Shown: piece after piece, positions 1 to 11,280 of the stretch
Layout of the letters: each line of letters starts with the position of its first letter
Position numbering within the stretch: position 1 is the first letter of the stretch
Assembly (NCBI GenBank): GCA_030704615.1
Contig: CM060732.1
Span: 42,098,001 to 42,162,000 of the forward strand
Length of the DNA stretch: 64,000 nucleotides
Direction of reading: 5' to 3'
Origin: Takakia lepidozioides
Lineage: Eukaryota; Plantae; Bryophyta
Notes under the pieces: model-generated
Databases searched by the model: none
Seen by the model: the letters and a program-made list of their open reading frames with translations, nothing else
What the model was told of the DNA's origin: nothing
Position numbers and translations under genes: made by a program

Positions 1-11
1 CATCGAACGTG

Positions 12-1334
12 TTACCCCCATTTATTACCTGGGCTATCTTCCCAATTGCAAAGGTCTCTGATGGCACGGTTTAGAGGGGGCCTACGAGGTGTGCCATCTG
101 ACTGGTTGTTGGTTACATTATGAACAATTGCAATTTCAGGTGCAATCCACCATCTATGTGCGAGAGTCTTTATCATCTTGTCTCTGCTCTCGAAAATGTA
201 CAACGTGGTTTTTGGGTCATCCGTCGCGGAGGCCACCCCCCAATCGCATACCCCGATGTACACATCTTCAGACTCTTGTGGAAAATGCAACAAGATGTTG
301 TCGGGGGACATGTCGTTGTGTAAGAGGTGGTGACTATGGACGTTGAGCATGATGTGCAAAAGCGCACATGCCAATTGGGTGCGATTCTGTCGGAATCGAA
401 CCAGTCGGTTGACCTCCTGCATTTTCTACTCCGTCCCCCGTTGTTCCATTAACTCCCTGTTATCCCGATCATTATCCCATTTCCTATCAATACTCAACTA
501 TGATCGTATGGTCCCCCCATTCCACCAATGTGTGTAACCTCCATTTCGACGTGGATGCAATGCAAAATTCTTTATGATGCCGAAATGATGGAACTTTACA
601 GCCAACGCCTCATTGTTATGTTGGACTTTGGCAAGCTTATCATTTGTTTCCCTGGGCGTTTTCCCTGCTAGCTCCCAAGATGGAGGAATGAATTGATTCC
701 TAACAATTCTAACCCTCCGAAATGTACCATACCCTCCCTGTTTGGGCGCGTCGAGTTGTTGTACCTGTGCGTTTGTGGATATGTGTCTCACGTTCAATGC
801 CACATCCGCGGACGAGGACCTTGTCTTCCATGAGAGTGGTTTCATACGTCGTTTGGCGTGGGCCTTTGCCATGTCAGACCACCAATCCACAAACACAAAC
901 AACTCCTCCTCCGAAGTTGGCATGCGACCTTCAGCTACAGGTGTTCTCATAACAAACTTGTCCATGGTTTGCCTCAGATTCCATGTGACATCATGGGTCC
1001 GGTCCTCCATCCATTTCGTGAACTGGAACTTTGCCCTGTCCTCCTCCCATTCATCCCCGGCCAAAGCCTCCCTCATTCTCATCTCCATATTGTGCTGGAA
1101 TCTAAGGAACCCCTCATTCCCATGTCGGACATACAAAAGATTCAAACGCATTATGTCATTGTCTTTCAAATAATCCAGCACTACTTGCTTTACCACCTTT
1201 GCGGCCTCTGCGCTTGGATAGTCTTTTTTGTTGACCTGACTATCCCGTTCATGTGCATGTTTACGCTTCCTACCTTTACGCCCACTTCCCGAGGAACCCC
1301 CTGACACTGCGTTCGAAGCAACGTTTCTAGACAT
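12..1334 (-). pseudogene. Ser/Thr protein kinase-like pseudogene (probable transposon cargo)
   Basis: ORFs 498-1334 and 12-422 are in the same frame, separated by two in-frame TAG stops. Motifs: Gly-loop KQGGYG, LAGK lysine, alphaC NNEA, catalytic loop LHNDMSPDNILL, DWG (DFG equivalent), WIAPE. The N-terminus has a basic NLS-like run (RKGRKRK). No introns are seen in the CDS. Confidence 0.8.
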
Positions 1335-2204
1335 GATGAAAGTACTCTACGGAATAGACGTGGCTTTGTAACGGAAAACTAAACCCAGACTATTGATAAC
1401 CTTATATATTAGCAGACCAATTTCCTCACCCTCTATTGGTATAGTACCCAAAGCAAACTCTCCCACAGTCCCAGGAAAAAAAAAAAAAAACTCATCCCTC
1501 ACACAAATCCACTTTCTCCCCTCCCCATGCTTAGTCCTGGCCACCGTTCAAACTCCAAGAAGCCCCAGAACCACACTCATAGAGAGGTAAAAAAGTGGGT
1601 TGGGAATGAGGGGTATGCCCTTATATACTGCCTGGAAAGACCTGGCGCGCGGCCGCCTCTGCTGCCCATTCACGCCTTGCCACGTGTCCAGGGAGCGGTC
1701 GCACCTATGGGTGGTCGCAGCTGCTTTCCTTCTCTGCGATGCCGAATTAGCGACGTCTAGGGGTTGCAAAGTACGACCTCCGGACGTCACTGTTTAGGGG
1801 GATACATTTGAATTTAGGTGGGAAAATTTGAATTTGAATTTCAAAAACTTGTTGACCATTGACTCCGGCGTTGACCATTGACTCCGTCCAATGGCAATAC
1901 GTTCATTGTTCTACATATATTAGGCAATGCATACTTGAACCTAGGACCTCCACGTTATAACATTTCTAAGATACTACAGACTAACCAACACACTTACAAT
2001 ACATCTATGTATGACAAAAGCAGTCTAAGTATACTAGGGCTTCGCGTTGCTCCGCATTACTAGCGACGAAGTCCGAGAACTACGTTCAATTTTTTACAAA
2101 AAATGGGTGGGTCATCCCCACGGTGTTACATGCAGAGACCCCGTGTTTTGTTTTTTCCTGGAAGAAAAATGGCGGATCTGTATTTCAATGTTCAATTTTC
2201 ACAA

Positions 2205-2600
2205 GCCGCATCAATCAATAACAACATACCCAAATACCCTTACATTCACTATGTGAACTTTCAAGCATCCACCATGGGATTGGATCTTGGTGGGTTAAGG
2301 CTAGCTTTTGACAATATTCATGCAAGTTTGTCGAGGGCTCCATCCAAAGCCACACCACGAGAAACAAACAAACATGTCCAAATTTAAGATGCTGAACAAA
2401 CTTGTGCACAGGGTTGCCCCTCTCATCAAGCTCATTAAAATTCGTATTCACTTCCTTCTTCAAGCTTTGGAGAAGCTCCACCACCCAAACCCAAGAATTA
2501 GGACAACACTCTGATTTCCATCCACTGTCACCATAATCAGTCAAAAATCACCCCTTCAGTCAAGTGCAATTGTGGGCTGACTTCCCACCCATGCCTCCCT
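2205..2600 (-). repeat. Copy of the non-coding 3' trailer of a PPR-DYW gene (paralog of ~59721-60090)
   Basis: Long shared blocks in the same orientation at both places, e.g. cactatgtgaacttt, ttaaggctagcttttgacaa and ttaagatgctgaacaaacttgtgcaca. Confidence 0.85.
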
Positions 2601-2615
2601 ACCACACCCGTGCCT

Positions 2616-2715
2616 ATGATCAGCGCATTCCATGAGACCACATCATGTTTAGCCATACTGTCAAACACTTCACGCGCATCCTCTAAGCTCCCACATTTGG
2701 CTTATATATCTACAA
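2616..2715 (-). pseudogene. PLS-PPR gene fragment, 3' side of the transposon insertion
   Basis: Reads VDI*AKCGSLEDAREVFDSMAKHDVVSWNALII (S and P motifs). It joins directly to the 3' trailer, so the remaining repeats and E/DYW are missing. Confidence 0.8.
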
Positions 2716-2745
2716 AACCCTATTTTAACTAATTCTGGACTTTTG
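2716..2745. mobile_element. Terminal repeat (transposase-downstream end) of a Sola-like DNA transposon
   Basis: aaccctattttaactaattctggacttttg, 29/30 identical to 7325-7354. Flanked by acaa (reverse complement of TTGT) at 2712-2715. Confidence 0.75.
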
Positions 2746-3179
2746 GCTTAAATCCGGACCAAACTTAATATATATTTTAATTAAAATTAATTAAAATATT
2801 AATAATATCTTGGATAGTAATGTGTGATTGAACTTTGTGAAATTACAAGTGATGTCATACTTGCTTCAAAATGTAACATATAAGATGTCAATTTGACATT
2901 GAAGTGCTTGTGAAGTTGCAGTGTAACTGAACAATTCATTGAACGTCCACTGGGAAGTCGAATGATGTAATATTACATTATGTAATCACGATAAACAAAT
3001 GTGACTCATAGTACTCTACCAAGCTATTTTAATATTTTACTGCCCTTCTCAAACCCAAAACATCATTCCAATGGCATTGTCTATGGATATTGTGCTTGTC
3101 AACATGAAGATTCAATCAAAATTACTATCAACTTATATCAAGTATTGAAACATTAGGAAGATGACCTACTAGGGTAGTA

Positions 3180-4400
3180 AAATAAGGTTTGGGGTGTAAC
3201 TAGATATATTAAGTACAATAAGGTCCAAGTTTGTGGTGACTCGGAGAAGGGTTTAGGGTTTTAAAAGGTTTAGGATAGAAAGAGAAAAACAAATATGGAC
3301 GACTCTGAACCTCTGTAGAATGTAAAAATGTAAGGGGAATTTGATATCCATGTAATCATTCTATCATACGTTATCCAACAAAATTAAAGAAAACATTAAG
3401 AGAATGATACAAATTTTACAAGAGGTAATATGGTAGTATAATAAGGTTTGGAGTTTATTATAAGTAGGGTAACCCTTCTGTGTTTGATATATGGTAAAAG
3501 TAATGGTTTAGGGTGTTAAGGGTCACGCTTAAGCTTGGGGTAAGGATTATTAAGGGAAGGGTAAAGGGAAGGGTAAGGGTTTAGGGTTTGGATTTAGGGT
3601 AGAAAGGGACAAACAAATATGGAAGACTCACACATGGTAGTACAATAACTTGGTTTGGAGTGTAAGTAGGGTAGTACACTAACCTGATTTTTGGTATATG
3701 GTAAGAGTACTAATGGTTTAGGGTAGTAAGTGTCAGGCTTAAGCTTAGGGTAAGGATTAAGGCCAGGGTAAAGGAATGGGTAAGGATTTAGGGTTTGGAT
3801 TTAAGATAGTTCAAAGGGACAAACAAATATAGAAGACTTCGGGGAGGTCACTCCCTATCTAGTTTCCTAGGCACGTGAGGCAAATATGCATTTTCTATGG
3901 GGGTATTAATTTTATTTTCTGAATTTTTGGCCACCCTATTATTACATAATTTTGTAATATGACATATTTTCTTGTAGGCTATATTATTTATATTTTATAG
4001 CAGGTAACAAATATTGGACACCCTATATTAACCTGAAAAAAAAATAAAAAAAATACAGGGTAATGAATTTTTTATTTGCTGGAAACAAATTTATCCAAAG
4101 TAGATGCATCAGCATCATTTAAAGTATAAAGGTTTAACTTTGTTTTTGGTATATGGTAAGAGTAATGGTTTAAGGTAATAAGTGTCAGGTTTAAGCTTAG
4201 GGTAAGGATTAAGGCCAGGGTAAGGGTTTAGGGTTTGGATTTATGGGAGTACACAAAGGTTTTTGGTGTATGGTAAGAGTAATGTTTAGGGTACTAAGTG
4301 TCCGGCTTAAGCCTATGGAAGGGTTAAGGGAAGGGTAAAACGAAGGGTAAGGATTTAGAGGTGATGGTAAAGGTATAAATGGACAAACAAATATGGAAGA
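3180..4400 (+). repeat. Degenerate tandem repeats rich in telomere-like TTTAGGG/TAAGGG motifs
   Basis: Recurring ~200-bp units, each ending near (g)gacaaacaaatatggaaga (~3290, 3610, 3820, 4385), with many tttaggg/gggtaagg motifs. They lie between the transposase and the element end. Confidence 0.7.
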
Positions 4401-5034
4401 TTCGCATTCACTAGAACGAGACATTGCAAAAAAACATTAAGTCCGGATTGGAAAATAAAGAATCCAGGGGTTGTGCCAGCAATTTTTTTTCTTTTGGGTG
4501 CACTGTTTGTTTTGTAAGCCAGAATCCCCCATGTCACGAATATATGATGAACAGAATGTACAGCAGTGCAGAGTCCAACACGACAAAAAAAAAATAGAGG
4601 AACGTCCACTGCCCACTTGAGGTTCAGTGCGACAGAAAAAGAAGACGGGAAGGATCACCCAACGCAAACACGAAGGGAAAAAAACGTAATTTAAAAAAAA
4701 AAAATCTTAAAACAAAAAACCGGAAATGACTTCAACATTTAGTCCATGGATGGAAAGTGGTTCGCTAGAAGGAAACCTTCAGGTATCTGGCTGAAGGTTA
4801 GCCACCTCCAAATTCGCGGGCGCCTTCACTGCTTCCACCGCTGTAATTCTCTTGGTGCTATTTCTTGTCGTATTTTTTCGTGGCGGCATTGTTCACGTGG
4901 ATCCATTGAGCACTCATTTCTCGGCTGTTTGTCATCTTCACACCTGCTGATGTTCTCACTCTGCTGGTCTTCCCTTGCATGCAGATCTTGATCCCCGGAC
5001 GGTGCTAATTCTGCAATGCAGAGTAGGTTGTTTA

Positions 5035-6600
5035 TTTATTTATTTATTTCCACCACTCCACCTTCACTTTCTTAAAATTAGGATCTTCCCTTTTTCGGAT
5101 GATATCTGAAATTGCCATTCCCATCCAGACCGGGCACGTCGTTGGGTCATGAGGGCGAACGAGCACAAAAAACCCTTTCTGAATATCCTTGGACGCTCGC
5201 ACCTAGGGCCACAATAAGGTTCTGGAACTTCATCCTCTTTTTCTATATCTTCCAGTATCTGTGGCTGGATGCCATCCCTCCGATGGTTTGAGGAATTTGT
5301 TTTCGGCCAAAATCCCTCAAGAAGCTGAATACGATCCGGAATGTCCTACATTGGCTTCGTCGAGAATATTTCCCCAGTATTGGTCATATTGTTCCATCAC
5401 ACCCTGGTAATGATCGTCAAACAACATTCCTTTGGTCCCTCTGTATTTCTTAATACCATTTTTTATGAATGACTGTTTTTCTGAGGAGCCGTCCCCGACT
5501 CCCCATATCGGTCTTCTTGGAACGGCATCTGGGTCTCCTTCAGGGAGATTTGGAGTCCCATCAGGGTTGGACTTCCACATCTTAACGCTGGAGTTTGTAG
5601 GAAGCCACTCCGAATCAATAGCTGACTTCTTGTACTTCATAATGGGCCAGCCATCCGCATCCTTAAAAAACCAAAAAACGTGCATCTTTGAGATCCCGAC
5701 CAAAGCCTCCTTCCGTCATGAATACAACCCTTAACAAACTTCTTGAAGTCAGGAACCTCCTAAATGATTTGAGGAATGAATTGCATATATTGGGAGATCA
5801 TGAATGACCTCATCAAATCCGGAAGAATATAGGTGATGCGTTCCTTTAGCTTCTTCGAGAGATAGCTAAAGAATCCGTCAATATCCTCATGGGTGTGCCC
5901 GACCATGAGAAAACCAAGCTGGATATCTTCAAAGACATCTTTGGCAGTGAGGAGGGATATGAAAGCAAGCATCCATATGTTTTTATTGTCATTGGAGGAG
6001 TTGTCCATCTGCAAATAAAGTCGTCTAGGAAGTGGTCGAGCACCACATTTATCATGCGGCCTGCAGGGTTTCAAAGCCTCCAAACATCTCGATTTACCTC
6101 TCATGAGCATTTCAAAAAAATCATTTTGAACTTCAGTGTCGAAAATGTTCTTGGATTCCCGGCATGTGGGCTTTTCCGGTTGGCGCAGGCACCGAGCCAG
6201 CGACCCAATTGTGAAGTTTGAATTGCCTCTCCAGAACTCAAGGGAAAATTGAGCGTAAGCTCCATCACCGTGTCCGTGCGTAACCATTCCTGTCAATGAG
6301 ATAGGCAATTGACCCAATCCCGAGACCATCTTGTTCGTCGTCTGTAGCCTCGGAATAGCCGTTTTCCTATGATCCATCTTATCGTGAATAATACATAGGA
6401 ACTCCGGAATCATAACGGATTCATTCCTCCAGCTATGGTACAGCCTTCTGCATGACTTTTGATGCCTCAAGTGCAAATCAAGCGCCTGCTTATGTGCGAC
6501 CTGTTCGGAACTCCTTTTAATTGACTTCTTGATCAAGTCCTTCAACATCTCGCATTCTGTGCACTTAGCAAAGGTGCTTCCTGTTTTCCGAACCTCCGAC
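5035..6600 (-). mobile_element. Degenerate, 5'-truncated Sola-like DDD transposase
   Basis: Motifs FAKCTEC...H, IIHDKMD, LYLQMDN.SNDNKN and FLMVGHTHEDIDGFFS give a D-D-D triad of the GHT-type family. There is a stop at 5760 and frameshifts continue into ORF 5317-5703. Associated with 30-bp ends and a 4-bp TSD, as known for Sola elements. The superfamily call is an inference. Confidence 0.7.
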
Positions 6601-7324
6601 CTCTGTGTTCTGAACGCAAGTGCAAGCCTAGGAGCCTTGGAAAAGGGCAAAGAGGTCTATGCTAACATTCTCAAAGTTGGAATTGCGTCATATATTAACT
6701 TGGAAACTGCCCTTGCTGACATGTCCGCCAAATGCAGGAGCATGATGGACGCACGACAAGTATTTAAGAGTATGGCTGTAAGAGATATGGTCTCATGGAG
6801 TGCCATGATCGCTGGGTACGCTCAGGATGGGTGTAGTAGGGAGGCATTTGAGGTTTATAAGAAAATGCAACAGGAAGGGGTGACACGCAACATGGTCACC
6901 TGCATCTGCATTCTCAAGGCTTGTGCCAGCCTAGGAGCCCTGGAAATGGGCAAAGAAGTCCACAAGGACATCATCAAAGCTGACTCGATTGGGTCAGATA
7001 TAACTTTGGAGAATACACTATCGACATGTATGCCAAATGTGGGAACATGAAGGATGCGCATCAAGTGTTTGACAAGATGACTAAAGGAGACGTGGTCTCA
7101 TGGAGTGCCATGATCGCATGATACGTACAAGATGGGTCTAGTAGGGAGGCTTTCAAGATCTATGAGCAGATGGAACTGGAAGGGGTGATGCCCAACCATG
7201 TAACATTTATTTGCAGACTCAATGCATTTGCTAGCCTTGGAGCCTTGGGAAAAGGTAAAGAGGTCCATGCTGACATCCTGAAAGCTGGAATTACGTCATA
7301 TGTAAATCTGGAGACTGCACTTGT
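6601..7324 (+). pseudogene. PLS-PPR gene fragment, 5' side of the transposon insertion (inverted)
   Basis: Contains ASLGALEKGKEV, DMSAKCRSMMDARQVF and VSWSAMIAGYAQDG repeats with a frameshift and stops. Ends ETALV at TTGT, immediately before the terminal repeat. Confidence 0.85.
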
Positions 7325-7354
7325 AACTCTATTTTAACTAATTCTGGACTTTTG
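7325..7354. mobile_element. Other terminal repeat of the Sola-like transposon
   Basis: aactctattttaactaattctggacttttg, preceded by TSD TTGT (7321-7324). Confidence 0.75.
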
Positions 7355-7895
7355 TTTGGTCCAGAAATACAAGATATATGAATAATTACTATAATAGAAA
7401 TAAAGAGATACATCTATAATTATTTGACTATTTGTGCACTATATAACAACGAATTATATAATCCTCCACACATTCTACGCAAAAATACAAGTATGTATTG
7501 TGGTCTTAGATGAACATCCACTGCCAAGTTGACGTTCATTAAAAGGAATGAGAGGATGCAAGGAATCAAACAATGATGAGAGCTCCGATATCCAAAATGA
7601 CATACACAAACAAACATGGAACAATGCCAGAACCAAATATGAAACAATGATGGCATGTGATGAAGATGACAACATGGAAAACGAGTCTGTCGGGACTTGA
7701 TTGATGATATGAAACATTCATATTTTATTTGAGATTATATCACTCAAGGCGATGGACCAACAGAAAAATGAACGTCAACTGTCCATCCGTTCATGGACTT
7801 AATGCCATACAAGCCATAGATTCTGAAGCAATAGAACCGTTACGGCTTATACTAACTCATTAATAATACTGAGCCTCCTCCCAAATGGCTCACAG

Positions 7896-8745
7896 TCAAG
7901 GCATGTGTCCGAAGACGCCTCCGGTTACCACAGCCACTTGCAACGGTCTCCGCACCAGAGGACACGGAGATACTTTCAGGAAGGTGAAACCGGCTGACAT
8001 TATCATCTGAAATGTTACTGCCAACTCTACTTGATGCCCTTGAAGCCTCCGTGGGATCCAAACACGAGGATCAAGATATCTTCCATACCAGGCCCAACAG
8101 GCATGGTCTCGATCAATAGGCTTATGAAAACACTTTGCCCGGTTCTCGCTAATGTAATCAACGACTGTTGAAGCTCCAGCCATCTCCGATATATATGGCC
8201 ACACTGCTTCTGTCATATCATCCCGGTCATGCAATCCGTTTGGTGAAGGCTTGAATGAGAAAGGGAAGAATCCAGTATTTTGTGGGTTTCGAATGCAGGC
8301 CTTTTGATGGCTCATCATCTACAAGAAGTATTTGCCCCTGCGTAGCAAACGGTCTACCAGGGTACCTGACAATAACACTTCGAATATCCTTCACGAGATA
8401 TTTCATCCCGGTCCAGATATAACCGGTGGTATCCTTACAATCCTCAGCAGACCATATGAAGCAAAACTTCTTCGCTATTTTCGTGGGGACGAAGCTCTCC
8501 AACATCCTACAAAGAACACCTCTATCAACACATGACCAAATGGCCACGTGAAAATGCTTCAATGCAAGGTCCAGAAACTCCAAGACTCCAAGCCGAGGCA
8601 CCACAAACGGTCTGTCAGGAACTTGAAGTGTCACATTCCTGAAACGAAATTTCTCCTTAAACAATTCACCGCCGGTTGGGGGTGGCCGGTAGCAGAGGAA
8701 TCCGTTGACACTCAAAATTAACAACATCTGTTTCCTCTTCCCCGC
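7896..8745 (-). pseudogene. FCP1/NIF-homology (HAD phosphatase-like) domain gene 1, frameshifted
   Basis: KRKQMLLILSVNGFLC, PRLGVLEFL..FHVAIWS, IWSAEDC and ILLVDDEPSK, with a frameshift near 8300 into IRNPQNTGFFPFSF. An acceptor at ~8746 and GT-AG bounded segments up to ~9990 suggest upstream exons. Confidence 0.7.
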
Positions 8746-10372
8746 TGTTGCATGTAAAGGATGAGAGACAAAGTTATCCTGACCAGGTTAATCACACACT
8801 GACATTAGTGTTTCTGCCATGAAAATACCCATGACCCAGAATGATTGAGTGTATGGAAGATCAACACGATTGTGCAGAAAATGGCAAAATGCTGCACAAT
8901 GTTGTTGGCTTGGAAGGTTTCAAGAGGACGGTTTATATTGCTAAGAAGAGGAACGTCGACTGCCAAGTGGAGGTTCAAGAAAGTACCTTGTACGGAGGGA
9001 AATTGATGAAGGTATCGTGCTGCATCCCCGCCTGTTGAGAAAAGATGGAGTTAATTAGTGCATAACCAAACGAATAGAAAAGAGAAGAAAGTGGAGAAAT
9101 GATATCGAATAGTATCGATGTCGCTTTATTGGAAAGTCTCACTGGCGGGCTTGGCATCCCAACGGACATGTTTTGACGAGACCTCGGTATGTCCGAGGTA
9201 TTCCTTTTCTTCCTCGAGTCTGCTTTGTCTCTGACGAAGGACTTCTCTCCGGTGGAACCGATTTGTAGAAGAGATGGAAATGGTTTGGGGGCCCTATTCC
9301 GCTTCCTCGGTGCAGAACATTGCGCCAACAGTGCAGGGTCGGGAACCGAGAAGTTGCAATTGAAGTTTCGTCCTTGTCCTTGTCGAAAGGGTTGCGGAGA
9401 AAGGGAACGGAATGGAAATTGTCCCTTGAGCACTCCACATCCTGAATGAAATTCACACGTAACGAAGGGATTACCTCGGAACAGATTTATAATGAAGACG
9501 TCGTTTGACAGGAAGGTCACAATCCGCAGATTTTATGGCCTGGAGTAAAACAAGAACATCAGACCCAGTACTAAGGAAAACAAAAGGACGAGTTAGAATT
9601 CAGATATAAGTAATTTTACCTAACTCCTTCTGATTTGGGCTGTCCAACCTTCGTGCTGGGGAGAGAAGGAGGGAAGAGAGACAACAGTGTGCTGCGGAGC
9701 CGCAACCTCAGCCGCGTCCTCAGTGGATGACATTCTTGAGGTAGATTTCAGACCCTTGACACTTAACATGGAGGGTGAGGATTGTAGAGTGAGGTCCACG
9801 AAATCCCCTGCACATTTGTCAAGTTGGCTTCCATCTTCGACATTCAATCCTAAACAATCTTGCGACAGAACATCATTTTCAGGAATGGACTGAAGAAGAG
9901 GGTCGTGCAATTGAAGGGAAGTCAAGTGTCTGGATGATGCTTCACCGTCGATGACAGAAATCTCAACGGTAGTATGAATGTTGTCCCTCTGTCAACGAAT
10001 TTCTGATATGGAGGATTTCAATGGAGGTCCCGACAAAAAGTTGGCATCGGCAACATCTCCATGAACCTGCAGAAACGAACTACAAGGTCAATGTACAGAC
10101 ACAGGATAACCTCCACTGCACAGTGGAGGTTGTCGGATTTGAAAAAGCCCCCGAGACGAGTTTTGGAAAAGGCCTGTATCTCAGAGGATCGGGATGGTAT
10201 AGGGTGGAGAAATGCATGAATGGGACTAGGAGATAACAAACAATTCCATGTCAATTCAGATTGAAAAGGAAATCCCAGTAGACAACAGTTTTTATAGAAA
10301 AACAATACAACCTATAGAAAAACCAATCAAAAATATACAATGAATCAAAGACGTGGTTGATCAATAAAATCT

Positions 10373-11176
10373 TTATTTTGAAGCATCATATCGGAGATTC
10401 CCGTAATTAGAATCATCAACATAATCCAAAAGAGGCTTAAACTTGGGATCGGTGGAAACATTCTGACAAGGCTTAAGTCCTATCCTCTTTTCCCTGAGAT
10501 AATTGGAAACGGTGCGAGATTTCTTCATTTCAAGCAAATATTTTTGGAGAACCTTCTGGAGATAGCAAGAGTCCGTCTCAACGGATTCAAACGATTTTAG
10601 AATCAGACAGGATTCAGGCGGGTTCAACACACACTTAATAGTAGAATCGTCAATGAATATAGTGTTACTCCTATTGTACAGACCACCAAATCTTTGCCAG
10701 ACCGTCATCAATGGCTTCAAGAACAGACCCGGTGGGTCGTATTCTGATATAAATTGAGGGTGGACAGAAGTAGGACCTGAGATACAATCTTCTTGAGACA
10801 TAACGAATGCCGACTGAGGAAGACCCCGAAGCATAAAATCCAGGACAGGCTGCAAGTTCTTGTACATCATGCTGCTCCATATACCTAGATGGAAATGTTT
10901 GTTCAACTCTGTCCACATCTCACGATATTTTTCCCGCCTATATACAAGTCGAAATCCAACAAGAGCTGGTATCCTGTAGTTTGTCTTGGACATTCGGGGG
11001 ACATTGTAGCTCTTCTGGTGCTTCAAGACTTTGCACAAAACTCCATTTAGGTAAAAAATTATCAAGCGCAATCCTTTCGCAACTGGAGAAACTAGTGCTG
11101 CAATCTGTGAGAAATTCATACATCCACTTAGGTGGTAATCAAGATAAACCAAGGACATGATTGACGTTGGGAGCAA
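10373..11176 (-). CDS. FCP1/NIF-homology domain protein 2 (open frame, nucleophile Asp replaced)
   Basis: LIIFYLNGVLC, HFHLGIWSS, MSQEDC, FLKPL..VW and NTIFIDDSTIKCVLNP. The start codon is uncertain. Confidence 0.75.
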   Translation of the reverse strand: MLPTSIMSLVYLDYHLSGCMNFSQIAALVSPVAKGLRLIIFYLNGVLCKVLKHQKSYNVPRMSKTNYRIPALVGFRLVYRREKYREMWTELNKHFHLGIWSSMMYKNLQPVLDFMLRGLPQSAFVMSQEDCISGPTSVHPQFISEYDPPGLFLKPLMTVWQRFGGLYNRSNTIFIDDSTIKCVLNPPESCLILKSFESVETDSCYLQKVLQKYLLEMKKSRTVSNYLREKRIGLKPCQNVSTDPKFKPLLDYVDDSNYGNLRYDASK

Positions 11177-11280
11177 CGTCCATTGGACAGTCGCGGTTCA
11201 GGAAAATCTAGAGCAACCATCTACGTTTCAATCTGTTCCAAGGAAGCGTCAGGAAATTTTTGTTTTCTAAGATAAACCTG

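Noticed and set aside
3180-4400. True telomere or chromosome fusion site
   Set aside because: The motifs are degenerate, embedded in longer units, in one orientation only, and lie inside a transposon.
5760-7050. Overlapping divergent genes (ORFs 5760-6650 and 6529-7050)
   Set aside because: Both ORF starts are read-through across the ~6600 rearrangement junction, so neither N-terminus is real.
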